Shown: positions 12,218 to 19,663 of the stretch, piece by piece
Layout of the letters: each line of letters begins with the position of its first letter
Position numbering within the stretch: position 1 is the first letter of the stretch
Assembly (NCBI GenBank): GCA_947625765.1
Contig: CANQPP010000003.1
Span: 29,138-93,137, forward strand
Source of the DNA: an uncultured Clostridia bacterium
Lineage (GTDB): Bacteria > Bacillota > Clostridia > Christensenellales > UBA1750
Direction of reading: 5' to 3'
DNA length: 64,000 nucleotides
Position numbers and translations under genes: made by a program
The notes under the pieces: model-generated
Told to the model about the DNA's origin: nothing
Seen by the model: the letters and a program-made list of their open reading frames with translations, nothing else
The model's database searches: none

Positions 12218-13384
12218 TTAGCGCAGGTGGTAGCGGGCGCGCAGGGCGGCCGTGGCGCGGCCGGCCTCCTCGCCGGTAAAGAGCAGGCTCACCTGGATCT
12301 CGGAGCTGGTGACCAGCAGCGGGTGCACGTCCGCCTCGTCCAGCGTCTCGAAGATGCCCGCGGCGATGCCGCGCTGCTTCTCCATCCCCTGCCCCAGGAT
12401 CGTGAGCTTGGTCAGGCCGAAGGTGAGCGTGGCGCACTCCAATTCCTTCGCGGCCCTGCGGGCGTGCTCCTCGGTGATGGTGAAGGAGAAGCTCTCCCGG
12501 GCGGTGGAGCGGGCCAGCATGTCGATGTTCACGTCCTGCTCGGCCAGGGAGCGCAGGAGCTTGCCCGGGTCGATGCCCGCGGGGATGGTGACCAGGGTCT
12601 GGCCGTCCTCCATGCGCAGGTGGGTGACGCCCGCGTCCTGCAGGAGCAGGTCGCGCATGTCGTAGAGGCCGGGGTTCTTCTGCGTCACGAAGGCGGCGGC
12701 CTGCAGGGCGCCTAAAGCGAAGATGCGGCGGCTGGAGGCGGAATGGGCCAGCGTCACGGTCTCGTCCTCCCCTAGGAAGAACAGCTCGTGCTCGCCGGTC
12801 ACGCTGCCGCCGCGCACCGCGTGGATGCCGATCTCGCCGCTGTCGCGGGGGGCGACGCCCTGGCGGCCGAACACGTAGCTGCGGGGCTCGGCCAGCGCCT
12901 CCCGCACGCCGTCTGCCAGCAGCAGGGCCGTGCCGGAGGGGGCGTCCACCTTGGTCTTGTGGTGCTTCTCCACGATCTCCACGTCGAAGCCGGCAAGCTC
13001 GGAGGCGGCCTTCTTGGCCAGCTCCAGCAGCACGTTCACGCCCACGGACATGTTGGCGGTGCGGAAAACGGGCAGCTCCTTGGCCGCGGCCACGATGGCG
13101 GCGGACTGCTCCGGGGAATAGCCGGTGGTGGCCAGCACCAGGGGCATGGAATGAGCCCTGGCGTAGCGCAGTATATCGTCCAGTGCGTCGGGGCGGGAAA
13201 AGTCCACCAGCACGTCCGCCTGCACGGCGCAGTCGTCCAGGGACTCGTACAGGGGGAAGCTGGCCTTGGCGCCGGCGGCGTAGCGGTCCACGCCCGCGGC
13301 CACGTAGTAGCCCTGCTCCACGGCGCAGGCGGCCAGCAGGCGGCCCATCTTGCCCAAGGCGCCGTTGATGAGGATCGAGATCAT
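12218..13384 (-). CDS. dapB: 4-hydroxy-tetrahydrodipicolinate reductase with C-terminal aspartokinase-like ACT domains
   Basis: GALGKMG, DFSRP, ATTG, EKHHKTKVDAPSGTA, HAVRGG; extra ~130 aa with NIDML, GQGM, TSSEIQVS. Confidence 0.92.
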   Translation of the reverse strand: MISILINGALGKMGRLLAACAVEQGYYVAAGVDRYAAGAKASFPLYESLDDCAVQADVLVDFSRPDALDDILRYARAHSMPLVLATTGYSPEQSAAIVAAAKELPVFRTANMSVGVNVLLELAKKAASELAGFDVEIVEKHHKTKVDAPSGTALLLADGVREALAEPRSYVFGRQGVAPRDSGEIGIHAVRGGSVTGEHELFFLGEDETVTLAHSASSRRIFALGALQAAAFVTQKNPGLYDMRDLLLQDAGVTHLRMEDGQTLVTIPAGIDPGKLLRSLAEQDVNIDMLARSTARESFSFTITEEHARRAAKELECATLTFGLTKLTILGQGMEKQRGIAAGIFETLDEADVHPLLVTSSEIQVSLLFTGEEAGRATAALRARYHLR

Positions 13385-13429
13385 GGGAACACTCCTTCCG
13401 CCGGGCCGGGGTCTTCCGGCCTTCTCGGC

Positions 13430-14326
13430 CTAGTCGATCAGGGAAAAGTCGCGCAGGCAGGCAAGCAGCTTCTGAAGATGTGCCTCCTGCATATCCACAA
13501 GGGGCAGGCGCAGCGGCCCGCAGGCAAAGCCCATCTGGCGCAGCGCGGTCTTTACGGGGATCGGGTTCACCTCGCAGAACAGCGCCTCTGCCATGGGCAG
13601 CATGCGCAGCTGGGCCTGCCGGGCCTCCTCGGTGCGGCCTGCCAAATAGTCCGCGACCATGTCGTGCATGAGGCGCGGCAGCACGTTGGCCACCACGGAG
13701 ATGACACCCTTGCCCCCCAAGGACAGGATGGGCACCACGCTGTCGTCGTTGCCGGAATAGATGGCAAGCTCCGGGCAGAGCCGCGCGATGCGGGCTGCCT
13801 GCACGATGTCGCCGGAGGCCTCCTTGACGGCCACGATGTTGGGATGTTCATCGCTCAAGGTCTTCAGCGTCTCCGGGGCCATGTTCAGCCCCGTGCGGGA
13901 GGGGACGTTGTAGAGGATCAGGGGTTTATCCACCGCGTCCGCCACGGCCCCGAAGTGGCGGATGAGCCCCGCCTGCGTGGTCTTGTTGTAGTAGGGCGTC
14001 ACCAGCAGGAGCGCGTCCGCGCCCAAGTCCGCGGCCTGTTTGGCGGAGCGGATGGCGAAGGCGGTGTCGTTGGAGCCCGCGCCCGCGATCACGGGCACGC
14101 GGCCGTGCACGCGCTCCACAGCCCGGGCGATCACCTGGGCCTCCTCGCTCAAGTCCATGGTGGAAGGCTCGCCGGTGGTGCCGCAGACGATCAGCGCGTC
14201 CGTGCCGCCGGAGAGCTGGAACTCGATCAGCTGGTCCAGAACGGGAAGGTTCGGGCCTCCGTCCTCTGTGAAGGGGGTGACCATGGCCGTGCCGCTGCCC
14301 TGAAACACGAGGGTCTTTTTAAGCAT
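13430..14326 (-). CDS. dapA: 4-hydroxy-tetrahydrodipicolinate synthase
   Basis: GTTGE, PYYNK, LYNVPSRTG, VKEASG, YSGND, NPIPVK; ATG at 14326. Confidence 0.96.
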   Translation of the reverse strand: MLKKTLVFQGSGTAMVTPFTEDGGPNLPVLDQLIEFQLSGGTDALIVCGTTGEPSTMDLSEEAQVIARAVERVHGRVPVIAGAGSNDTAFAIRSAKQAADLGADALLLVTPYYNKTTQAGLIRHFGAVADAVDKPLILYNVPSRTGLNMAPETLKTLSDEHPNIVAVKEASGDIVQAARIARLCPELAIYSGNDDSVVPILSLGGKGVISVVANVLPRLMHDMVADYLAGRTEEARQAQLRMLPMAEALFCEVNPIPVKTALRQMGFACGPLRLPLVDMQEAHLQKLLACLRDFSLID

Positions 14327-14522
14327 ACCTGCATCCTCCTTGGCGGTCGAATCGGAATACGTTTTGTAAAAGGAAGGCGGCATCTTTTTGCCGACCGTGG
14401 GCAGAAGAAAAGCGCCCGTTTCCTGCCCGAAAAACGGAGGGGCCAAGGCCGGAACGCTGTGCTTGCTGCCTGCGGACGGCGTCTCCACTTAAAAATACGG
14501 GGAAAAGCCGCGCGTTTTCCTT

Positions 14523-14686
14523 TCCAACAGCGCTCCGCCCGAAGGGACCTTCCGGGCGACAGTCGCACGGCCCTGTGCCGTGCGCCCAGGCGCGGGGCCT
14601 CTTAAGTTGCCCTTTTGAAGCGCCTTCGGCGGGCAGGCCCTTCTCCGTTTTTGTTTCGGATACCGCGATGCCCGCGCCTCTGTCAT
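14523..14686 (-). ncRNA. Lysine riboswitch (L-box)
   Basis: Minus strand reads ACAGAGGCGC...GAAGGG...GCCGAAG...CTGGG...GACTGTC...GGAGCGCTGT, the L-box landmarks, directly upstream of dapA. Confidence 0.88.
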
Positions 14687-14697
14687 AAGGTACCTTG

Positions 14698-14727
14698 ATT
14701 ATACCCTTGCCGCCCCGCCCTTGTCAA
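14698..14727 (-). promoter_or_regulatory. SigA promoter of the lysine riboswitch/dap operon
   Basis: TTGACA-18-TATAAT on minus strand just upstream of the riboswitch. Confidence 0.75.
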
Positions 14728-14797
14728 CTTGAAAACCCGGCGCGGCGGGCAGACGGAAACAAGCCCCTGCCGCACACGCAAAAGGGGCGCGCCGTTC

Positions 14798-14827
14798 TTG
14801 ACAAAGGCGGCCGCCCCTGCGTACAAT
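14798..14827 (+). promoter_or_regulatory. SigA-like promoter pointing rightward
   Basis: TTGACA-18-TACAAT. Confidence 0.6.
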
Positions 14828-14869
14828 GAAAGAGCGTAAACGGATACGCTTAAAGCCCGTTTTGGCGGA

Positions 14870-15070
14870 TCACTTCTCGTTGTGGTCCACCCAGTCCTTG
14901 GCCTCCCGTATGTCCGTGGGGTTCGGGAGCGGCACGCCGCTCTGCTCCTCCCTGTTCTGCCCGTCGGTCAGGGCTAACGTGGCGTACTGGGACGCGCCCG
15001 CGTAATGCACGCTGACCCCGCTGTCCAGCGGCCGGGTCCTAACGGACATCTTCTTTCGCTTTTTCGCCAT
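14870..15070 (-). CDS. DUF3787-like small spore-associated protein (66 aa)
   Basis: C-terminal VPLPNPTDIREAKDWVDHNEK typical of the family; GGAGG RBS before ATG at 15070. Confidence 0.7.
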   Translation of the reverse strand: MAKKRKKMSVRTRPLDSGVSVHYAGASQYATLALTDGQNREEQSGVPLPNPTDIREAKDWVDHNEK

Positions 15071-15197
15071 GGTGGGAACGCTGCCTCCTTTCCGGGCCGG
15101 AAAACTCCTTATCCAGCCGTTTTTGATAAGGGTAGTTTGGCCGGAGGCAGGCGCGATTATGATGAGGACCCGCATTTTCAGGAAGGGAGAGAACGAT

Positions 15198-15731
15198 ATG
15201 CTCCTTCGCCAGGCTCGGCCGGAGGACGCCGCGCGCATCGCCGAGATCTACCGCCCCTATGTGGAATACACCTGCTACACCTTCGAGTACGACGCGCCGG
15301 ACGCCGAGGAGTTCAAGCGCCGTATGCGGGACATACAGTCCTTCTTCCCCTTCTTCGTCCTGGAGCAGGAGGGAAATGTGCTGGGCTATGCCTACGCCCA
15401 TGCCTTCCGCGAGCGCGCCGCCTTCGACTGGTGCTGCGAGACCAGCGTGTATGTGGACTGCCGCTGCCGCATGAAGGGCGTGGGGCGCGCGGTGTATTCC
15501 GCCCTGCTGGAGGCGCTTCAAAAACAGGGCTTCACCAAGGCCTATGCGGTGCTGGGCTGCCCCAACGAGCCCTCCGAGGCCTTCCACGCGGCCTTAGGCT
15601 TTACGCTGGAAGGGGAGCTGCCGGACGTGGGCTACAAGCACGACGGCTGGCACGCGACCAAGTACATGGCAAGGATACTCAACGAGCCAAAGCGGAACAT
15701 GGCGCCGCCCAGGCCCTTTCAAAGCCTTTGA
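15198..15731 (+). CDS. GNAT N-acetyltransferase (phosphinothricin/YncA-like)
   Basis: GYAYAHAFRERAAFDW, ETSVYV, KGVGRAVY, NEPSEAFH, GYKHDGWH. Confidence 0.9.
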   Translation: MLLRQARPEDAARIAEIYRPYVEYTCYTFEYDAPDAEEFKRRMRDIQSFFPFFVLEQEGNVLGYAYAHAFRERAAFDWCCETSVYVDCRCRMKGVGRAVYSALLEALQKQGFTKAYAVLGCPNEPSEAFHAALGFTLEGELPDVGYKHDGWHATKYMARILNEPKRNMAPPRPFQSL

Positions 15732-15774
15732 AAATCTCACATAAAGACCCGTTCACGAAAGGAGACAAACACAC

Positions 15775-16569
15775 ATGAAAGCGCGGGAACTGATGGAAAA
15801 GCTGCTCGATCTATCGCCCAGAAGGATCGAGGACACCGTGGACACCTTGAAGGCGGGCGACCCGGACAAGGAGGTCCACAAGGTCGCCACCTGCTTCATC
15901 GCCTCCGTGGAGCTCATCCGCGAGGCGGCCGCGTGGGGCGCGGACCTCATCATCGCCCACGAGCCCACGTTCTACGCCCACAGGGACGACGTGGAGGATC
16001 AGCTGGACGATCCCGTGATCGCCGCCAAGAAGGCCCTCCTGCGGGAGACGGGCCTCACCGTGTACCGCTACCACGACCACGCCCACAGCAAGCAGCCGGA
16101 CGTGATCATCGACGGCGTGTTCCGCAAGCTGGGCTGGGAGGTCGAGTTCACCGGCTACGACAAGCCCGCGTACCTGAAAGTTCCCATGACGGCCCGGCAG
16201 ATGGCCGCGGACTTTGAGCAGAAGCTGGGCGTCCGCCACGTGCGCGTCGCCGGCGAGCTGGACAAGCCCGCCACGGGCATCGCGCCCATGTTCGGCTCCC
16301 CCGGCGAGGATACGCTGGAAAAGGCCCTGCGCGACCCGCGCATCCAGGTGGTGCTGGCCGGCGAGGTGAGCGAGTGGCGCGTGTGCGAGTACGCCCGCGA
16401 CGCGGCCGCCCTGGGCATGAACAAGGCTGTGCTGGCCCTGGGCCACGCGGGCAGCGAGCGCGACGGCATGGACGACTTCCGCCGCATCCTGCTGGAGCTG
16501 GACCCCGGTCTCACCGTCCGCTACTTCGACAGCGGCGAGGTGTACCGCTATCCCGGGGACAAGGCCTGA
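15775..16569 (+). CDS. Nif3-like dinuclear metal center protein
   Basis: DTLKAGD, DLIIAHEPTFY, RYHDHAH, LGHAGSE. Confidence 0.85.
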   Translation: MKARELMEKLLDLSPRRIEDTVDTLKAGDPDKEVHKVATCFIASVELIREAAAWGADLIIAHEPTFYAHRDDVEDQLDDPVIAAKKALLRETGLTVYRYHDHAHSKQPDVIIDGVFRKLGWEVEFTGYDKPAYLKVPMTARQMAADFEQKLGVRHVRVAGELDKPATGIAPMFGSPGEDTLEKALRDPRIQVVLAGEVSEWRVCEYARDAAALGMNKAVLALGHAGSERDGMDDFRRILLELDPGLTVRYFDSGEVYRYPGDKA

Positions 16570-17045
16570 TGGAAGCGCGTTACGCCTCTGCGCTCGAAAG
16601 CCCCATCGGTCCCCTGCTCGTGCTGGCGGACGAGGACGCCTTGCTGGGCATCCACATGGCACAAACGAGCGAAGCGGAAGCTGCCCTGCCGGGGAGTGGG
16701 CTCACGCGCCGGGCAGCCTTGGAGCTTGAACAGTATTTCTTAGGGAAACGCACTTCCTTCGACCTGCCCCTGCACCTTTGCGGCACGCCCTTTCAGGAGA
16801 AGGTCTGGCGCGCCCTAGCCGAGCTGCCCTACGGGGAAGCGACGAGCTACGCCGCCATCGCCCGCCGGATCGGCAGCCCGAAGGCCGTGCGGGCCGTGGG
16901 CGGCGCGGTGGGAAGGAACCCCTTCCTGGTGGTGCTGCCCTGCCACCGGGTGCTGGCCTCGGACGGCCGCCTGGGCGGCTTCGCCCTGGGACTGAAAGCC
17001 AAGCGGACGCTGCTGCGGCTGGAAAACATCTCCTGGCGGGAATGA
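16569..17045 (+). CDS. ogt: Methylated-DNA--protein-cysteine methyltransferase
   Basis: GTPFQEKVW, RAVGGA, PCHRV active site; ATG overlaps the upstream stop (TGATG). Confidence 0.92.
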   Translation: MEARYASALESPIGPLLVLADEDALLGIHMAQTSEAEAALPGSGLTRRAALELEQYFLGKRTSFDLPLHLCGTPFQEKVWRALAELPYGEATSYAAIARRIGSPKAVRAVGGAVGRNPFLVVLPCHRVLASDGRLGGFALGLKAKRTLLRLENISWRE

Positions 17046-17188
17046 GGCCGGCTCATACTTAAAACCCCCAAGGCCCGCGCGTCCAACGCGCGGGCCTTCT
17101 TCTTCCCCTTCTTTCGCGGCCTTGACGGAAGGCGCGCCGCCGTGCTATGCTTCCCTTTGCTAAATATGGAAAAAAGGGGGGCTTTGCC

Positions 17189-17569
17189 ATGCCAGACCTG
17201 TGGCAGAGCGGCATAGAAGAAGAAAGCGAGTACGCCCGGCGCATCCGGGTGACCACCACGCCTGCGCTGGAGGGGTACCGCGTCACCGCGTACTTGGGCG
17301 TCGTCTCGGCGGAAACCGTCCTTGGGACCGGCTTTTTCAGCGAGCTTGCCAGCTGGATGGCCGACCTGTTCGGCGCAGAGAGCCGCACGCTTGCCTGGAA
17401 GATCGACCAGGCCCGGGACTCGGCCCTCAGGAAGCTGCGCGCAAAGGCGCTGGACTTAGGCGCGGACGCCGTCATCGGCACCTCCTTCGCCTATTCCTCC
17501 AACTCCCGCAGCATGGTCAGCGTGATCGTCACCGGCACCGCCGTCAACGCCGCGCCCATCCCCCGCTGA
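17189..17569 (+). CDS. YbjQ/UPF0145 family protein
   Basis: TTTPALEGYRVTAYLGVV, LGADAVIG, VTGTAV. Confidence 0.85.
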   Translation: MPDLWQSGIEEESEYARRIRVTTTPALEGYRVTAYLGVVSAETVLGTGFFSELASWMADLFGAESRTLAWKIDQARDSALRKLRAKALDLGADAVIGTSFAYSSNSRSMVSVIVTGTAVNAAPIPR

Positions 17570-17697
17570 CCCCCGCCCCACCTATCCTCCGGCCCCGGGC
17601 CTCGACCCCGGGGCCGTTCTCTATTTCTCTCCCCCCGCAACGCACTTTCCTGAAGGTCCCCCCCCGAGCGGCAACACTATGCGAGCCCTCCCGCATC

Positions 17698-19072
17698 AAC
17701 GCAGCGAGCAAGCGGGTAGGCGTTTGAAAAACGCCCCGCAAGCGAGCAGGATTCGCGACGAACGCCCCACTTTCCCTCATATCCGCCTTTTCCCAAAAAT
17801 ACCAACCTTTTGACAAAATCCGACATAACACAACCACGTAGCGAGCGAGCTGGCGTTTGCAAAAACGCCCCGCAAGCGAGCGGGATATACCGCGTCGCCT
17901 CTCTTTCCCCTCCTGTTCGTTCCCATTCTCTCAAGAACCGCGCTAACATCATGCCAAACCCCCGAGCCAACGCAGCGAGTGAGCGGCTGGCGTTTGCAAA
18001 ACGCCCCGCAAGCGAGTGGGATTCACAACAGCCGCTCCGTTTTTCCCCAAAAATGCCATATTTTCGACATATTCCGATATTGTGCAACCGCGTAGTGAGC
18101 TATTGGCGTGTTGAAACACGCCACAAGCGAACGGAACTTGCGCTGATCATTCCCCTTTTCCCTCCTGCCCCTTCCCGCCCCACAAAGAACCGCGCCGAAC
18201 TTCTACCAAACCTCAACGCCAACGCAGCGAGCAAGCGGGTAGGCGTTTGAAAAACGCCCCGCAAGCGAGCGGGATTCATGGCTAACCTCCGCTTTCCCTC
18301 ATATCCGACTTCCCCAAAAATGCCGAACTTTTGACAAAATCCGACATTGCGCAGTCACGTAGTGAGCGAGTGGTGCGTTTATAAACGCGCCACAAGCGAA
18401 TGGGATTTACAGCGTCCCTTTTTTCTCCTACCCGTTCCCCTCCTCCCAAGAACCGCGCCAAGACTCTACTCCCCCTCCTGCAACGCAGTGAGCAAGCGGG
18501 CAGGCGTTTTGAAAAAACGCCCCGCAAGCGAGCGGGATTTCAGATGAAAGCCCCCGTTTTCCCCATATCCGTCTTTTTCCAAAAACGCCGAGTTTTCGAC
18601 ATAATCCGATATTGCGCAACCGCGCAGTGAGCGAGTGGCGTGTTTCCAAACGCGCCACAAGTGAACGGGGCTTACGACGAATGCCTCGCTTTCCCTCATA
18701 TCTGTCCTTCCCTAAAAACACCAATCTTTTGACAAAATCCGACATCGCGCAGCCGTGTAGTGAGCGGGTAGGCGTTTGAAAAACGCCCCGCAAGCGAGCG
18801 GGATTCACGACGCCCCCCACTTTCCCTCATATCCGTCTTTCCCCAAAAACACCGGCCTTTTGACAAAATCCGACATTGCGCAGCCGCGTAGTGAGCGAGT
18901 GGCGCGTTTACAAACGCGCCACAAGCGAACGGAACTTACAGCGGCGCCTCTCTTTTTCTTCCTGCCTGTTCCCATTCTCCCACGAACTGCGCTGAGATCA
19001 TGCCGAACCTCCGCACCAACGCAGCGAGCAAGCGGGCAGGCGTTTGAAAAACGCCCCGCAAGCGAGCGGGAC
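17698..19072. repeat. Non-coding tandem hairpin array, 11 cores at ~130-bp period with two linker types (REP/BIME-like)
   Basis: GGCGTTT-loop-AAACGCC type hairpins at 17719, 17852, 17989, 18105, 18242, 18372, 18503, 18637, 18771, 18901 and 19039, each followed by a CAAGCGA-like tail. Confidence 0.92.
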
Positions 19073-19144
19073 TAGCAAAGGAGCCAAACAGGAGGAAAAG
19101 CCTCCGCTCATTTTTCAGCGGCAGCTCGTTTCCCCGACGACGAG

Positions 19145-19216
19145 AAGGGGGGATCGCCAAGGGGGGCGGCGCTCCGCCGCCCCCCTTGGCGGAGCCTCGG
19201 CGCAGCCGAGGAGTCT
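19145..19216. repeat. GC-rich palindromic REP-like element
   Basis: CGCCAAGGGGGGCGGCG-CTC-CGCCGCCCCCCTTGGCG long stem plus CCTCGGC-GCA-GCCGAGG hairpin. Confidence 0.55.
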
Positions 19217-19324
19217 CCCGTACGGGGCACAAAGGCAAGCGAACCGCTCCCCCCGTCCGTGCATCTCACGTCCCCCGTTTTCCGTCGTATCCCTTTTCCC
19301 GCGCCCGCAGGCGCGCGTCCCCGC

Positions 19325-19488
19325 CAAAAGTCGGAAAGCGCAGCGGAGGCGTCGTGAGCGCGCTTGCAAGCGAACAGCCGCAGCAAGCGGGACTTTTTGC
19401 GGAAGAGGAGTCGCGACTGAGTGAGCGAGAGGTGGCGTTTTTTTACAAAAAAACGCCGCCGCGAACGATACGTAGTCCGCGACGACGT
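19325..19488 (-). repeat. Structured element immediately downstream of tRNA-Arg
   Basis: CGTCGTCGCGGAC...GTTCGCGGCGGCG + T-run, then GGCGTTTTTTT/AAAAAAACGCC and further stems. Confidence 0.5.
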
Positions 19489-19490
19489 GG

Positions 19491-19567
19491 TGGCGTGCCT
19501 TGAGGGATTCGAACCCCCGGCCTTTTGGTCCGTAGCCAAACGCTCTATCCAGCTGAGCTAAAGGCAC
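19491..19567 (-). tRNA. tRNA-Arg(ACG)
   Basis: GTGCCTT acceptor, TAGCTCAGCTGGATAGAGC D-arm, TTTGG-CT-ACG-GA-CCAAA anticodon arm, GGTTCGAATCC, encoded CCA. Confidence 0.97.
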
Positions 19568-19602
19568 ATACCATCTGCGCTTGATTTTCAAGCGCAGAAT
19601 CG

Positions 19603-19631
19603 ATTATAACGCCGGGGGATAAAAATGTCAA
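19603..19631 (-). promoter_or_regulatory. SigA promoter of tRNA-Arg
   Basis: Consensus TTGACA-17-TATAAT on minus strand. Confidence 0.85.
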
Positions 19632-19663
19632 GGGGTTTTATGGGTCTCAAACAAGATTCTTTT

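Noticed and set aside
17698-19072. CRISPR array
   Set aside because: Cores are degenerate, linkers are ~85 bp and homologous to each other rather than unique spacers, and no cas gene is in the window
17544-19591. Many short ORFs over the repeat array and tRNA-Arg
   Set aside because: They are translations of the repeat in shifting frames or overlap the tRNA, with no RBS or family motifs
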